A stretch of DNA of 60,756 nucleotides, from IMG/VR virus record IMGVR_UViG_3300031977_001837, positions 1 through 60,756 of that record; one strand, given 5' to 3'. Origin of the DNA: a virus (Duplodnaviria; Caudoviricetes). Below are positions 17,732 through 27,709 of this stretch, in pieces. The translations under genes and the position numbers were made by a program. How positions within the stretch are numbered: position 1 is the stretch's first letter; each line of letters starts with the position of its first letter. The notes under the pieces were generated by a model that saw only the letters and a program-made list of their open reading frames with translations, was not told the origin of the DNA and made no database searches.

Positions 17732-18484
17732 ATGAGTGGAGAACCAAACTGGCTACCAGAGAACCCCGAAGTAAAGCCATGCGCAAACTGCACATGGCGA
17801 TATACCGTTGACGAAATGGCTAAACTGCACTACATGTATAACAACGATAGAGTTCCACTTGCCGAGCCTGCGCACATCTGTCCGGTGTGCTTAGAGTCCA
17901 AAGAGGTTCAAGACAAGTTCCAAATCGAAGTCGCTCGCAGTGGAAAAATCAGAAGAAATGGTGATTGGGAGGCGCATAAGAGTTTCATGAGAGTTCTGCG
18001 CCATACCCATGAGGCCTATATTATGGGTAAGAAAATGAGCAAGCCGATTGAGCCGAAGCACATAACGCAGTCCATAGTGCGCAAAGAGATTGACGGCACT
18101 AAGTTTGATATTGGCTTCGTCATTATACCTAAGCGCAAGTGGGTCAATAAGATAATTCTGCGCTATGCGATTGACGGAAACCCTGCAATCATTTCAAAAT
18201 TGAAAAAGGCAATTGACTTTTACTCTAAGCCTCTCAAGCATACACACCACATATACGGGTTAAAAATCCTAAAGAACGCAGTTCTAAAAGGTATGCCGGA
18301 CATACACAGCAAAGAAATTGAGTTTCACATTATATCGAAACCAGTTGAGGGAGATGTCGCATGGTGTAGCAAAAGCGCAAATGATTTCTTGGGCTTTTTT
18401 GAGAGAATCATCAAAGAAAACATTGACGAGGACAAAATCAAAATCTTTGATATGTTCATTCAATCAAAGGAGTTGGTCGCTTGA
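17732..18484 (+). CDS. Hypothetical protein with N-terminal CxxC-CxxC zinc finger
   Basis: CANC...CPVC. Confidence 0.65.
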   Translation: MSGEPNWLPENPEVKPCANCTWRYTVDEMAKLHYMYNNDRVPLAEPAHICPVCLESKEVQDKFQIEVARSGKIRRNGDWEAHKSFMRVLRHTHEAYIMGKKMSKPIEPKHITQSIVRKEIDGTKFDIGFVIIPKRKWVNKIILRYAIDGNPAIISKLKKAIDFYSKPLKHTHHIYGLKILKNAVLKGMPDIHSKEIEFHIISKPVEGDVAWCSKSANDFLGFFERIIKENIDEDKIKIFDMFIQSKELVA

Positions 18485-18945
18485 TTAGCGCAACTCTTGA
18501 AACTCTGCTCTGCTTGCTGTTCATCATTTGCGTAGCATGGGTATATTCGACACTTACCGAGTTCCTACTCAATAATGCGTCTGTGGCGGTTTCTGACGGC
18601 GTTGACTCCCCTCCTGTCAACAATGTTGCTATACCTGCCGAAAACGAAACACCACAGCGCACCCAATCTCATCAAGACGACTGCCACGCTTGCGCAGGCA
18701 CTTGCAGAGCATCCCACATGAAGTGGGCTAAAGGGAGGGCTTTGGATTATCTGCCCCACGACCCACAGAACGCAGTTGCGTCATTCATTTCAGATATGGG
18801 TAAGCATCCAAAAACGCAAGACCTTGCGCTAATCGCAATCCCTATGGCGCAACTTGCCTTAGTTGATACCCCCGAAGGATTGAAGCGCATGATTGAAGGA
18901 TTCAATGAGCATTCATGCGATTGCTCAAGAGGTGATGCGCAATGA
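18481..18945 (+). CDS. Hypothetical membrane-anchored protein with a phage-type C-terminal domain
   Basis: N-terminal TM helix; KGRALDYL...AVASFISDMGKHP motif. Confidence 0.6.
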   Translation: MISATLETLLCLLFIICVAWVYSTLTEFLLNNASVAVSDGVDSPPVNNVAIPAENETPQRTQSHQDDCHACAGTCRASHMKWAKGRALDYLPHDPQNAVASFISDMGKHPKTQDLALIAIPMAQLALVDTPEGLKRMIEGFNEHSCDCSRGDAQ

Positions 18946-19091
18946 GTTTCATTCTCTATATTTTGGGCGCATCCATTTACTTGATTATTTTCCCGTTGCT
19001 TATGGCATGGCTAATCGAAGCGGTTGAAACTAAGAATCGCACAAGGGTTATAAACAGGTTAAGCATCGGAAATAACAAGGAGGCATAAAGT

Positions 19092-19424
19092 ATGGCTACA
19101 CTAAGAACATTTGGCGAAGGACTTTTTATTGACGCATTTGGCGAGCGGTATAAGGTTTTGAAAGGTTGGGAATCAATGACCGGATGGTATTGGTTCGCAA
19201 CAGAATTAAACGACGACGGGGTTCATTTTGGATTCGTTCAAGGATTTGAAGAAGAGTTCGGTTACTTCAGCGAAGAAGAATTGAAATCAAGTCCTATGGT
19301 GTGGGAAATCAAGAAGATAGACCTACCCTACGCAGGGCGCAGAGACAGACCACAAGAGAGATTAGGTAACGACCCCTTCAAGAAGCACTTCAGAAGGCAC
19401 AGCAAAAAGGGGGCATCACAATGA
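19092..19424 (+). CDS. DUF2958-like protein
   Basis: WYWFATE...FGFVQGFEEEFGYFSEEEL signature; own promoter and GGAGG RBS. Confidence 0.65.
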   Translation: MATLRTFGEGLFIDAFGERYKVLKGWESMTGWYWFATELNDDGVHFGFVQGFEEEFGYFSEEELKSSPMVWEIKKIDLPYAGRRDRPQERLGNDPFKKHFRRHSKKGASQ

Positions 19425-19852
19425 GCGCAGACTTCTTGAGGAATGTTAGAGAAATCCCTGCGGATTATGAGCCGGTCAAGGTTCTATCCCTTGCAGGTGA
19501 AGACTCCGTAGGAGTTCTATGCAAGAGGCCCGACGGTGGCATTTCTGATATACTGGTTCGCTTGAAAGGCAAAGCCTGCGCAGGCGTATGCCCTGCGTGT
19601 GGCAGAGATATGAAAGAGATTCAAACCGGAACTTTGGTTTGCTCTGTGAATCACATTCTGGTTGTTATGACTAATGCGCAAGCAACCTCAGTTACATTAT
19701 CCCCTTCTTCTAAGAAGAAGGTGCGCATCCTAAACAACAAGAGAAGCGCAGTTATTCCACCATCTAAGAAAACAACAATCAAAGAAAAGCACGACGCAGA
19801 CATTGCTGAAATTGTGCGCAGTGCTATGCAGAGCAGGGGGGTGAACCAATGA
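19421..19852 (+). CDS. Hypothetical zinc-ribbon protein
   Basis: CPAC...CSVNH. Confidence 0.65.
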   Translation: MSADFLRNVREIPADYEPVKVLSLAGEDSVGVLCKRPDGGISDILVRLKGKACAGVCPACGRDMKEIQTGTLVCSVNHILVVMTNAQATSVTLSPSSKKKVRILNNKRSAVIPPSKKTTIKEKHDADIAEIVRSAMQSRGVNQ

Positions 19853-20121
19853 GCAAACCAAACTTTAGGAGTCGTCTCAATCCGGCGCATGACGCACAAC
19901 AACAATGGGTTGACTCAAACCTTTGGTGTGCTTGCTCAATGTGCGGTAAGGCACTGAACAAACCCTTCGGGAGAGAGCGCAGTCATGCCGAGTATATCAT
20001 AATCGAATCGAGGGCATCCGTCGGTTCGCCATCCACCCACAAAATGCGTGACGCATTGCCACAAAAAATGCACATCGGACTTTGTTGCATAGACAAATTG
20101 ACGCAGGGGGTGAACAACTGA
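19849..20121 (+). CDS. Hypothetical Cys-rich protein
   Basis: CSMC...GLCC; GGTGA RBS. Confidence 0.65.
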   Translation: MSKPNFRSRLNPAHDAQQQWVDSNLWCACSMCGKALNKPFGRERSHAEYIIIESRASVGSPSTHKMRDALPQKMHIGLCCIDKLTQGVNN

Positions 20122-20516
20122 TGCGCAGAAACGAATGGGGCGAGCCTGTTGAAGATGTTGACATGTTCGGCAACCCTGCCGGATTGACTGACGGTAGCGG
20201 TGTAATCAATATGCGCAACGGCACTTTCGTCGGAACACATGACTATGACACCATCAGACTGCCCGATGAATTAGGCGGTCAATGGTGCGCAGTTTTACAT
20301 TCAGAAATTGTCAACCTGCCCGACGGCAGAATTGGCAGATACCACACACTTTCCCATGATGAGATTGACTGCATCAGCCTGCTTAACGGCGACGGTGCGC
20401 TATGGGTGCGCAAGGTCAAACCTGCACCCTGCCAACACATCAACTATGTTGAGACTTTAGATGGCGCAGAATGTCTTGATTGCGGAGAAAAATATGAAGG
20501 AGAGGAAGAAGAATGA
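20121..20516 (+). CDS. Hypothetical protein
   Basis: GGTGA RBS; C-terminal CQH...CLDC. Confidence 0.65.
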   Translation: MRRNEWGEPVEDVDMFGNPAGLTDGSGVINMRNGTFVGTHDYDTIRLPDELGGQWCAVLHSEIVNLPDGRIGRYHTLSHDEIDCISLLNGDGALWVRKVKPAPCQHINYVETLDGAECLDCGEKYEGEEEE

Positions 20517-20818
20517 GCGAAGAAACATATAGAGACCCGTCTAAGTTTTATGAAGTTGACAAAGAGCGAGCATCACAAAGAGCGCACATGGTCGGTTTCA
20601 GATTGCGTGATGCGTGGGAAGTATGCGGTTTTGAGAATGAAGATGGAGAAAGATGCACAAAGGAGTATTACCCTCACAGAACTGGAACAAGCCCTCACTG
20701 CGCAGACTGCACACCAAAGGCACAAATCAAGAAATTGAGAAAGGCGCACAGAGAGCAACATGATGAGATAATCAGATTGCGCCGAATGTTAAACGGAATC
20801 AAGGAGTTGATAGAATGA
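20513..20818 (+). CDS. Hypothetical zinc-finger/coiled-coil protein
   Basis: Coupled ORF with C...C...HCADC. Confidence 0.65.
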   Translation: MSEETYRDPSKFYEVDKERASQRAHMVGFRLRDAWEVCGFENEDGERCTKEYYPHRTGTSPHCADCTPKAQIKKLRKAHREQHDEIIRLRRMLNGIKELIE

Positions 20819-21027
20819 GTGATACAGATGAAGTGAACAAGTCATTGAATTATTTGATTGGATTCAAGGCGGAAATGACTTCCGATAAGAAGCATCATAC
20901 TGAAGTCTTGATAAAAGAAGTTAAGCGACTACGAGCGTTGCTTGAAGAAACGAATCAGCACCTTGACCTAATGGTTGAGCGATTTGGTATTGAAGCGTTG
21001 GTGGAAATGGTAGGTGAACAGGAATGA
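20815..21027 (+). CDS. Hypothetical coiled-coil protein
   Basis: Coupled ORF, LIKEVKRLR motif. Confidence 0.6.
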   Translation: MSDTDEVNKSLNYLIGFKAEMTSDKKHHTEVLIKEVKRLRALLEETNQHLDLMVERFGIEALVEMVGEQE

Positions 21028-21362
21028 GCAAAATATACTGCGGAATCGCAGACGCATACGGAATTGACTCTTTCTTTGAGGTTGAGGAAATAGGCTCTGC
21101 GCCTTCGCCCGTAGCAATGAGAGCAAACTGCAACAGACACAGGCACGCCGTTCTGTATTGGGTCGAGTTGTCAGATGAAAAAGCGCAAACTATGTTTGAA
21201 GAATTAAAGAAGGCAGAGCAGGCGCAAGATTATACAAAGCCGTTGTTGTTGCTCAAAGACCCCGACTTCGTTGAGAACATTTCATTTGAGGCGCAATTCG
21301 CCGGTTCATGGATGCAAATACCTAACCCAAAGTTAGACCCGTATTACGGAGGTGATGAGTGA
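21024..21362 (+). CDS. Hypothetical protein
   Basis: GGTGA RBS, coupled junction. Confidence 0.65.
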   Translation: MSKIYCGIADAYGIDSFFEVEEIGSAPSPVAMRANCNRHRHAVLYWVELSDEKAQTMFEELKKAEQAQDYTKPLLLLKDPDFVENISFEAQFAGSWMQIPNPKLDPYYGGDE

Positions 21363-21763
21363 TGGTGCAATTTCCCGCAGTCGTTGTTGATGTTGGAGAT
21401 GGCGCAGACTTCACCATATTCTCATTCGGCACAGTGAACAGACCTTCAACAGTCGCAAGAAATGAGGCTAATGAATACGCAAAGAAATGTTTGCTATCTG
21501 CGCAACCACCAATACCGCATGAAATCTATGTCGTCAATTCGCAAGAAGATTTTGACGCAATTCTTGAGAAGAGAACAGAAGGCTTGAGAAGAAGGGAAGA
21601 GATTCAAGCAAAAATATGGCGACTTGAGAATGAATTGGCGCAGGCTAAGAAGGAATTGAAGCAGGTGAAGGCGGAAGAACACTACGCAAAGATTCAAAGG
21701 GGGTTGCGCAGACAGGTGGCGAGCAGACGATTGGGTGAAAAGACATGGGAGGCGAAACAATGA
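21359..21763 (+). CDS. Hypothetical coiled-coil protein
   Basis: GGAGGTGA RBS, coupled junction. Confidence 0.65.
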   Translation: MMVQFPAVVVDVGDGADFTIFSFGTVNRPSTVARNEANEYAKKCLLSAQPPIPHEIYVVNSQEDFDAILEKRTEGLRRREEIQAKIWRLENELAQAKKELKQVKAEEHYAKIQRGLRRQVASRRLGEKTWEAKQ

Positions 21764-21869
21764 GCAACGCATTCACCGCAGACCGAGAAAGCCCGAAGTC
21801 AAACAGAAGAAATCTTTTGATAAGGTTTATATCACTGGTTTCGATGGGAGTATCAAGGAGAGTAAGAAA

Positions 21870-22325
21870 ATGACTCAAACAACATGGATTGAAATTAAGC
21901 CGTCGGGCGAGACTAATGTAATCTCGCATGACGAGGACATAACGATGGAACTACTTCAAGAGAAGGTCGGAGGATATTTTGAGAACTGCAATTTTTCAAG
22001 AGGAACGCCGTTCTTCTTGAGGGTATCAGAAGACACATTCGATTGCTTTGAAGTCGAAGAGTTGTGGTGTGATGAAGATGGGCAGGCCAAACAATTACAA
22101 TTCAACCCTCTGGGAACCTACTGCGCATATAACAAATCACCCGAGCATTCACCTAATTTGATTGTCGGGGTCGTTGTTGCTAAACTGCGCAAACTCGATT
22201 ATCAAGCAAACCAAAGCACAGTTTTTGAAACTATGACGGGACTCAGTATGTTTGAGTTGCGCAAGGAGTATTTTCAAAGTCACATGTTGCCTATCTTCGG
22301 CTATGAAGAGGGGGTGTATGAATGA
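21870..22325 (+). CDS. DUF3846-like protein
   Basis: LQEKVGGYFE...LWCDEDG...FNPLGT...LIVGVVV pattern; promoter and GGAG RBS upstream of ATG 21870. Confidence 0.65.
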   Translation: MTQTTWIEIKPSGETNVISHDEDITMELLQEKVGGYFENCNFSRGTPFFLRVSEDTFDCFEVEELWCDEDGQAKQLQFNPLGTYCAYNKSPEHSPNLIVGVVVAKLRKLDYQANQSTVFETMTGLSMFELRKEYFQSHMLPIFGYEEGVYE

Positions 22326-23035
22326 ATAACATGAAAGAAGTAGTCAATGAAGCGGTTGACTTGTTTATGTTTTTCCTTGAGAATAGAATGGTTGTTAATC
22401 CCGATTTGGGAGTTCTCAAATCAGACGGAACCAGTGCATTCAAAGCCCTTTCAGACGAGAATGCGCAGAAGATGCAAGAGTGTATTGATATATGCGTAAC
22501 CATTCTGAAAGAAGATTATGAGATTGATGCGTATGAAATCGCTATGTGGCTCACTGTTCACATGGGGATTGGTCGTCATGTTCAACTTAGGTTAGACGGT
22601 GACGGTGGGGAAGAATCGAGATACTTCAACAGAGAGTATATAGAGAGGATTAGAAGCAACATGTTTGACAATTTCGGAGTCAATGTAATCAAAGATTATG
22701 CCAACGAGAGTGCGCAAACCCGTTCAGAAAGGCGTGCTTCTTACATGATAAAGTTGATTTCAGAAGTCCAAAACCTTCACCCGATTTTTGACGACAGCGA
22801 GCAAACAAGCGCAAGCAGTGGAGGCTTTACAGCGATTGCCTTAGTCACCGACCTTACTCCTTTGGGATGGTCTGACATAGTCACAAAGGCAGTAACAAAG
22901 GACTTAGGGGGCGCATATACCGGACAAATCGAGTCTGCGCCCGAAGATATGAAAGACGAAGTGGTTAGTTGCCTTGATGATTATTTGTTGAAGACCGGAG
23001 ACTATGATGACGACCCGACTAAGGAGTGGGACTAA
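22322..23035 (+). CDS. Hypothetical protein
   Basis: 237 aa ORF, coupled junction. Confidence 0.7.
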   Translation: MNNMKEVVNEAVDLFMFFLENRMVVNPDLGVLKSDGTSAFKALSDENAQKMQECIDICVTILKEDYEIDAYEIAMWLTVHMGIGRHVQLRLDGDGGEESRYFNREYIERIRSNMFDNFGVNVIKDYANESAQTRSERRASYMIKLISEVQNLHPIFDDSEQTSASSGGFTAIALVTDLTPLGWSDIVTKAVTKDLGGAYTGQIESAPEDMKDEVVSCLDDYLLKTGDYDDDPTKEWD

Positions 23036-23185
23036 ATGAGTGAAGAAAATCTTACAACTATTTGCATGGAAGCGATGAAGAAAATGACAGATAAGCAGTT
23101 AGAATGGATAATCAAATATGGCACAAGTCGTTTGCATGACCGCTTGTATTATCTCAAAAAGAAAACAGAAGGAGGTGAAAAATAA

Positions 23186-23461
23186 ATGAGCGCAGAAGAT
23201 TTAGATTGGAGAGAATTGAGAGAGAATTTCAAGCGTGCGATAGAGCCGGTTGCAGAAATAGCAGAAAGAAACTTAGTAAAGTTGACAGAGATAACAGACT
23301 TGACAAAGTGCGCAATCTCAGAATTAGCAGAAGTTCTAATATCAATATCACAAACAAGTGACGACCCAGAAATAGCGCAAAAAAGCATGAAGGGTTTGAC
23401 AACTCTGAAAGATTTCGGTTTCAACTTCAAAGAAATCATCACAAGGGAAATAGAGGACTGA
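23186..23461 (+). CDS. Hypothetical protein
   Basis: GGAGGTGA RBS. Confidence 0.65.
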   Translation: MSAEDLDWRELRENFKRAIEPVAEIAERNLVKLTEITDLTKCAISELAEVLISISQTSDDPEIAQKSMKGLTTLKDFGFNFKEIITREIED

Positions 23462-23463
23462 GT

Positions 23464-23652
23464 ATGCGCCGAGTTTTTGAGCGCAAAAATGCGAATCCTA
23501 TCAAGGGGATGCCGAGAAGAAAGCGAAAGCGTTGTCCCGTTTGCGATAAGTGCGTAAAGAAAGCGACACACTTAAACGAAGATATACTCACGACATATTA
23601 CTGCCAAAACATACAGTGCAGAAGGTTCGGTTTTTTGACGGTAATTAATTAG
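23464..23652 (+). CDS. Small zinc-ribbon protein
   Basis: CPVC...CQNIQC. Confidence 0.6.
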   Translation: MRRVFERKNANPIKGMPRRKRKRCPVCDKCVKKATHLNEDILTTYYCQNIQCRRFGFLTVIN

Positions 23653-24237
23653 GTGAATAAAATGAATATGTTTCCAACAGAAGAAGATGAGAACGGCAAC
23701 CCCTGCCCGTTTAGGTCTGGGCGCACGCTATGCGACAAGCACATGAAGATACTGGTTGAAGTCTATCAAATGGGTGGCTCTGCGGTGATTAGACACGGTG
23801 CTACACCGGACATGATGCCACTTACAAAAGCGCAAACGCCACTAAGAGGGGGTTATCCACATCACCCGATGACAAAGTGGATAGGTGACTCAAGAGCAAA
23901 TTATCTTTGGGCTATGTATTACGGCGCAACTATCGCCATCGAGTATGAAAAGCGATATGGCAAAGAGCATTTTTGCGCCGAGAAGATAGAAGAATTATTT
24001 GAGTTGGCGCATCTTATTCCCGAAGGCGAAATGACTCCGATGCCTCGTTGTTTTAATCAGAGCAAAGGAGAGAACCTTGACCTTCTTGATGAATCCGTTT
24101 GGCCCAACACCACCAAAGCCTATCGAGAGTTTTACCGCAGAGATAAAAAGAACATAGCGAAATGGGAAAGGGGGCGCAGTGCGCCGTTCTGGTGGACTAA
24201 CGATTTCATGTATGGCGTTCAGTATCATGTATCTTGA
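23653..24237 (+). CDS. Pyrimidine-dimer DNA glycosylase (T4 endonuclease V-like family) homologue
   Basis: CDKHMKILVE, HHPMTKW, NYLW, EYEKRYGKEH and AYREFY...KW...APFWW motifs. Confidence 0.7.
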   Translation: MNKMNMFPTEEDENGNPCPFRSGRTLCDKHMKILVEVYQMGGSAVIRHGATPDMMPLTKAQTPLRGGYPHHPMTKWIGDSRANYLWAMYYGATIAIEYEKRYGKEHFCAEKIEELFELAHLIPEGEMTPMPRCFNQSKGENLDLLDESVWPNTTKAYREFYRRDKKNIAKWERGRSAPFWWTNDFMYGVQYHVS

Positions 24238-24276
24238 TGCGCAGATTTATAACAACAAGTTAAGTTGACATTTCCA

Positions 24277-25110
24277 ATGCAACCGTTTAGATACTGCGCA
24301 GAATGGATAGTTTCAAAGACAGAAGATGTTGTTGTTGAGCGTTTTATTGGTTGGCGCAGAGCAGGCAAGCGCAGACTGTTTCAGCCCTTTGCTATTCTGA
24401 AAGTAGGACAATATCGCATTGCTCTCGATGGAAAGAGCGCAGTTTGGGATTTCATTAACGCAATACAACCCAACATGCCAAAGGCAGTAGTCAATCAAGG
24501 TATGAAGGGCGAGTTTGTTCATGAGCAACCGTTTGCTCAAGACCTGCAAGATTTCATAGTGGAATCGCAAACAGACATTTTGGTTTTTCAGTGCGCAATA
24601 CAATCAATCCCCGAACCAAACTCAACTTCGGTTTATTCGGGCTACACCGCTACACACATTAAAGCGCAAACTACCCCCGATGTTGTTTTGATACCGCCTG
24701 TGTCGTGGGGAGAATCTATGTTCGTTTGTTTGCCTATGCGCACGCACGACAAGATAAGTTGGTTGCCTTCACTGGTAGTTGGAGACTACCCTCGGATAGT
24801 CATTGCGCAATCGTTGAGCGAAAGCAAACAGTTTGATTTGGAAACCAGTGTTTTGATTTCAAGTGTAGTGTTAGGAAAAGGTGACTGTGCAGACATGCGC
24901 CCACATACTTCGTTCAAGCGCACAGAACCACAAGCAATTATTTCTTCTATCGCAGAAACTCATCATGCTCTTTGCGACTCCGACTACATGCCTGCGCCTT
25001 GCGCTATGCGTTGGTTCGATGATAGAACGGGAATGCGTTTCAATGAGATTGATGAGATTGAGTTTTCAAGAGCAGGCAATCTATTCTTTTTGGTCGCCGG
25101 AAAGAATTAG
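24277..25110 (+). CDS. Hypothetical protein
   Basis: ATG about 30 nt after a TTTATAA box. Confidence 0.65.
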   Translation: MQPFRYCAEWIVSKTEDVVVERFIGWRRAGKRRLFQPFAILKVGQYRIALDGKSAVWDFINAIQPNMPKAVVNQGMKGEFVHEQPFAQDLQDFIVESQTDILVFQCAIQSIPEPNSTSVYSGYTATHIKAQTTPDVVLIPPVSWGESMFVCLPMRTHDKISWLPSLVVGDYPRIVIAQSLSESKQFDLETSVLISSVVLGKGDCADMRPHTSFKRTEPQAIISSIAETHHALCDSDYMPAPCAMRWFDDRTGMRFNEIDEIEFSRAGNLFFLVAGKN

Positions 25111-25300
25111 GAAAGAAATAAACGGCGCACTGCGTTACGATTTAATTTATTCTTTCAATTATTCTTAGGGTTTTAGAATTAAAGGCGACCTTTATTATTA
25201 ACTTTCAAACATATAAGAAGAAATAAAAAAATAATCCGTGAAAGGGCGACTGCGTGCTATTTATTTTTTCTCAATTCTTTCAGAACCGTAAAAAGAATTA
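25098..25300. repeat. AT-rich element copy B (candidate origin or regulatory element upstream of the replication operon)
   Basis: Block-by-block homology with 8505-8720; contains a perfect CGGCGCACTG core at 25123. Confidence 0.8.
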
Positions 25301-25336
25301 GGTAGGTTTATACCAAGCACCCACTTAGTCCGTATC

Positions 25337-26143
25337 ATGGCAGATAGTTATATGTTCAGCACAGTCGGAGAAACAGATTTCTATATCAAACCCGAATGCT
25401 TGACTGCTACTCATCTATTGATAATCAACGGCCAGTCACCGAGCAACTTGCCTTCTATCTTAGGTATAGAGTTGGGAAGAGTGATTCATGAAGAGGCTAA
25501 GGTCGGCTTCATTACCTCAAAGCATGTTCTAACGAAACCGCACAGGATATTGAACGAAGGCAACCCAATGTGGTCTATCTTTAGATACAAAGATACATTG
25601 GTTGTAATCATAAATGCGCCTCCCATTGTGAGCCGACAGATGGCAGTTCAGCGTAATGAATGGCTTTTCAATTATCCGCCCATCAGAGATATTGTTATGC
25701 GCTTTAGAAATGTCAAGAAGATAGGGACTCTAACGACATTTGCGTTAAACAGATTATACATTGAAGACACTACATTCCCAGACGAATGCGTAAAAATCAA
25801 AGGCGCAGAGTTGGGACAAGAAGAAACGATTGATGCGCTTCAAGATATGTGGTCGTGGTTGCCGGTTGAGATAGGCACTATGATGGGCATTGATTCTGCA
25901 ATGTATGTTATGCCTCCCGAAACGGCAAAGGCCACAAACGCTAAACAGATTTTGCCTGCAAAATTCAAAGAAATGTGCGACATGCTTCGCAAAGACGGCT
26001 TCGCAATACCTCCTTATTCAGCGAAAAGAGCGCAAGATACTTATACTGAATTAACTTCGGAGGCTTTAGAAGCAATCAAAGAATTGATTGGTGCAAAGAT
26101 TGAGGAATCAAAAATATCGAATGCAGGTGTGATGTTTCAATGA
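25337..26143 (+). CDS. Possible PAC2 (proteasome assembly chaperone)-like protein
   Basis: Alpha/beta pattern (LLIING, VGFITS, LVVIINAP, VKKIGTL) reminiscent of PAC2; weak match. Confidence 0.4.
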   Translation: MADSYMFSTVGETDFYIKPECLTATHLLIINGQSPSNLPSILGIELGRVIHEEAKVGFITSKHVLTKPHRILNEGNPMWSIFRYKDTLVVIINAPPIVSRQMAVQRNEWLFNYPPIRDIVMRFRNVKKIGTLTTFALNRLYIEDTTFPDECVKIKGAELGQEETIDALQDMWSWLPVEIGTMMGIDSAMYVMPPETAKATNAKQILPAKFKEMCDMLRKDGFAIPPYSAKRAQDTYTELTSEALEAIKELIGAKIEESKISNAGVMFQ

Positions 26144-27447
26144 CGGAGGATATATTCGACAGAGTGCAAAGGTTTTGCGACATGAACCATCTTGTTGATG
26201 TTGCAGACAAAGTTCCTATATTCATTTGTAGCATCGGCGCACACATGTTCAATTCTGTGAACAAGTGCCACATGTGCGACTTTGACCCGTTGACCGCAGA
26301 CGAAGGCGCATTTGTAATTGACAATTGTCCTTTGCGTCATAGCGACTACCCGATATACATGCCTGCATCCCGCCTTACAGATACAAGAATACACATTTTG
26401 ATGAGAGGCGCAAAGGGTTCTGGTAAGAATGTATTGTTGGATTTGTTTTGCGCTGAACACACTGGACTTTTGTGGAACAGTAAGGCAGACGAAGGAGAGG
26501 GATTCAGAACCATGATTGGCGCAAACAGCATCACAGAAGCAGGTATGTTTGGCTCGGTTAATGATGAGGGGCAGATTATGGGCAACCCGATTGCGAGACA
26601 CATGTGCGGAGGATTTCTTTGCTTTGAAGAGTTTAGTAGTATGTCCGACGCATCCCGTAAAGACCACAGCGTTGACATGAAGAATCAATTGCTCACATCT
26701 TTGGACAGTGGCAGAGTCAACAAATCAATGCGCAGTGGTTGGGTCAGATACAATACTCGTTATACAATGTGGGCCGGAACACAGCCTGCAAGATTTGAAT
26801 TAGAATCCGGTCTCGATAGACGATTCTTCATTATTGACATTGAAATGTCACCGGAAAAGGAATTAGAATACAAGAAGGCGCAGAATGCTCAAGCCAGTAT
26901 AAGCGCAGAAGAAAGGGCTAAATTAATTGAAGAAGGTATTGAGATGCGCAAGTGGTTCATCGAAAGGCAGAAGAAAGTCTTTGCGAATAAGCCACAAGGA
27001 TTATCGTTTTCGGAAGAGTTTGAGCAGTGGGTTTTACAGGAATCGGTGCGCAGTTTTGAGAGTGACTTATTCCGCAGACTGGCTATCGGTTATACTATGA
27101 TGAAGGGCGATTGGGTTGACAAAGAATTGCTTATCATCGAATTGGATGATAGGCTGAAACAGATACTTGAGTCTTCACTGGCTATGCGCAGAAATGTGAT
27201 GGATGAAGACATTCGCTTGATTCGCACTACATTTTGGGAGAAAGACATTCCTCGCTCAACTCTGTTGAAAGAGGTAGCCAAACTGATTACCGGCAACGAC
27301 TACACTTCTGCTAAAAGATGGATTGAAGAGTATCTTGTCGGGCAGGCGTGGTTCAAAGAATTTACTCCTAAGAAGATAGGCAGAGGGCGCAAAGGCGTTA
27401 TGTGCCGATTTGGATTTGATGAGGTGCGTGCGCATGAAAAAGAATAG
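26140..27447 (+). CDS. MCM-like AAA+ ATPase (putative replicative helicase)
   Basis: IHILMRGAKGSGK, SITEAGMFGSV, GGFLCFEEF and GLDRRF align with MCM Walker A, SxAGL, Walker B and Arg finger. Confidence 0.75.
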   Translation: MTEDIFDRVQRFCDMNHLVDVADKVPIFICSIGAHMFNSVNKCHMCDFDPLTADEGAFVIDNCPLRHSDYPIYMPASRLTDTRIHILMRGAKGSGKNVLLDLFCAEHTGLLWNSKADEGEGFRTMIGANSITEAGMFGSVNDEGQIMGNPIARHMCGGFLCFEEFSSMSDASRKDHSVDMKNQLLTSLDSGRVNKSMRSGWVRYNTRYTMWAGTQPARFELESGLDRRFFIIDIEMSPEKELEYKKAQNAQASISAEERAKLIEEGIEMRKWFIERQKKVFANKPQGLSFSEEFEQWVLQESVRSFESDLFRRLAIGYTMMKGDWVDKELLIIELDDRLKQILESSLAMRRNVMDEDIRLIRTTFWEKDIPRSTLLKEVAKLITGNDYTSAKRWIEEYLVGQAWFKEFTPKKIGRGRKGVMCRFGFDEVRAHEKE

Positions 27448-27709
27448 AATACATTACATCAGTGGTCGAAAGCACAAGAGGTATCAAGCGTTTTTAGATT
27501 CTTGCGAAAGGCAGATGAAAAGGCATGGCGCAATGCACAAAAAGGACTTGATTGCAGGGGCTACTAACAAAGAAGGTCAACCTATGCGCTGTGGAGTCCC
27601 GATGTCGAGAGCAATTATGTCTTGTCTGAAAAACGACTTGAAGGGAAGGTTCGTCTATCTCGGTGACGGAGTATATGATTTGGCGCAGAGAGGGGTGATT
27701 GAGCAATGA
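27434..27709 (+). CDS. Hypothetical basic (wHTH-like) protein
   Basis: GAGGTG RBS; RFVYLGDGVYDL wing-like ending. Confidence 0.55.
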   Translation: MKKNRIHYISGRKHKRYQAFLDSCERQMKRHGAMHKKDLIAGATNKEGQPMRCGVPMSRAIMSCLKNDLKGRFVYLGDGVYDLAQRGVIEQ

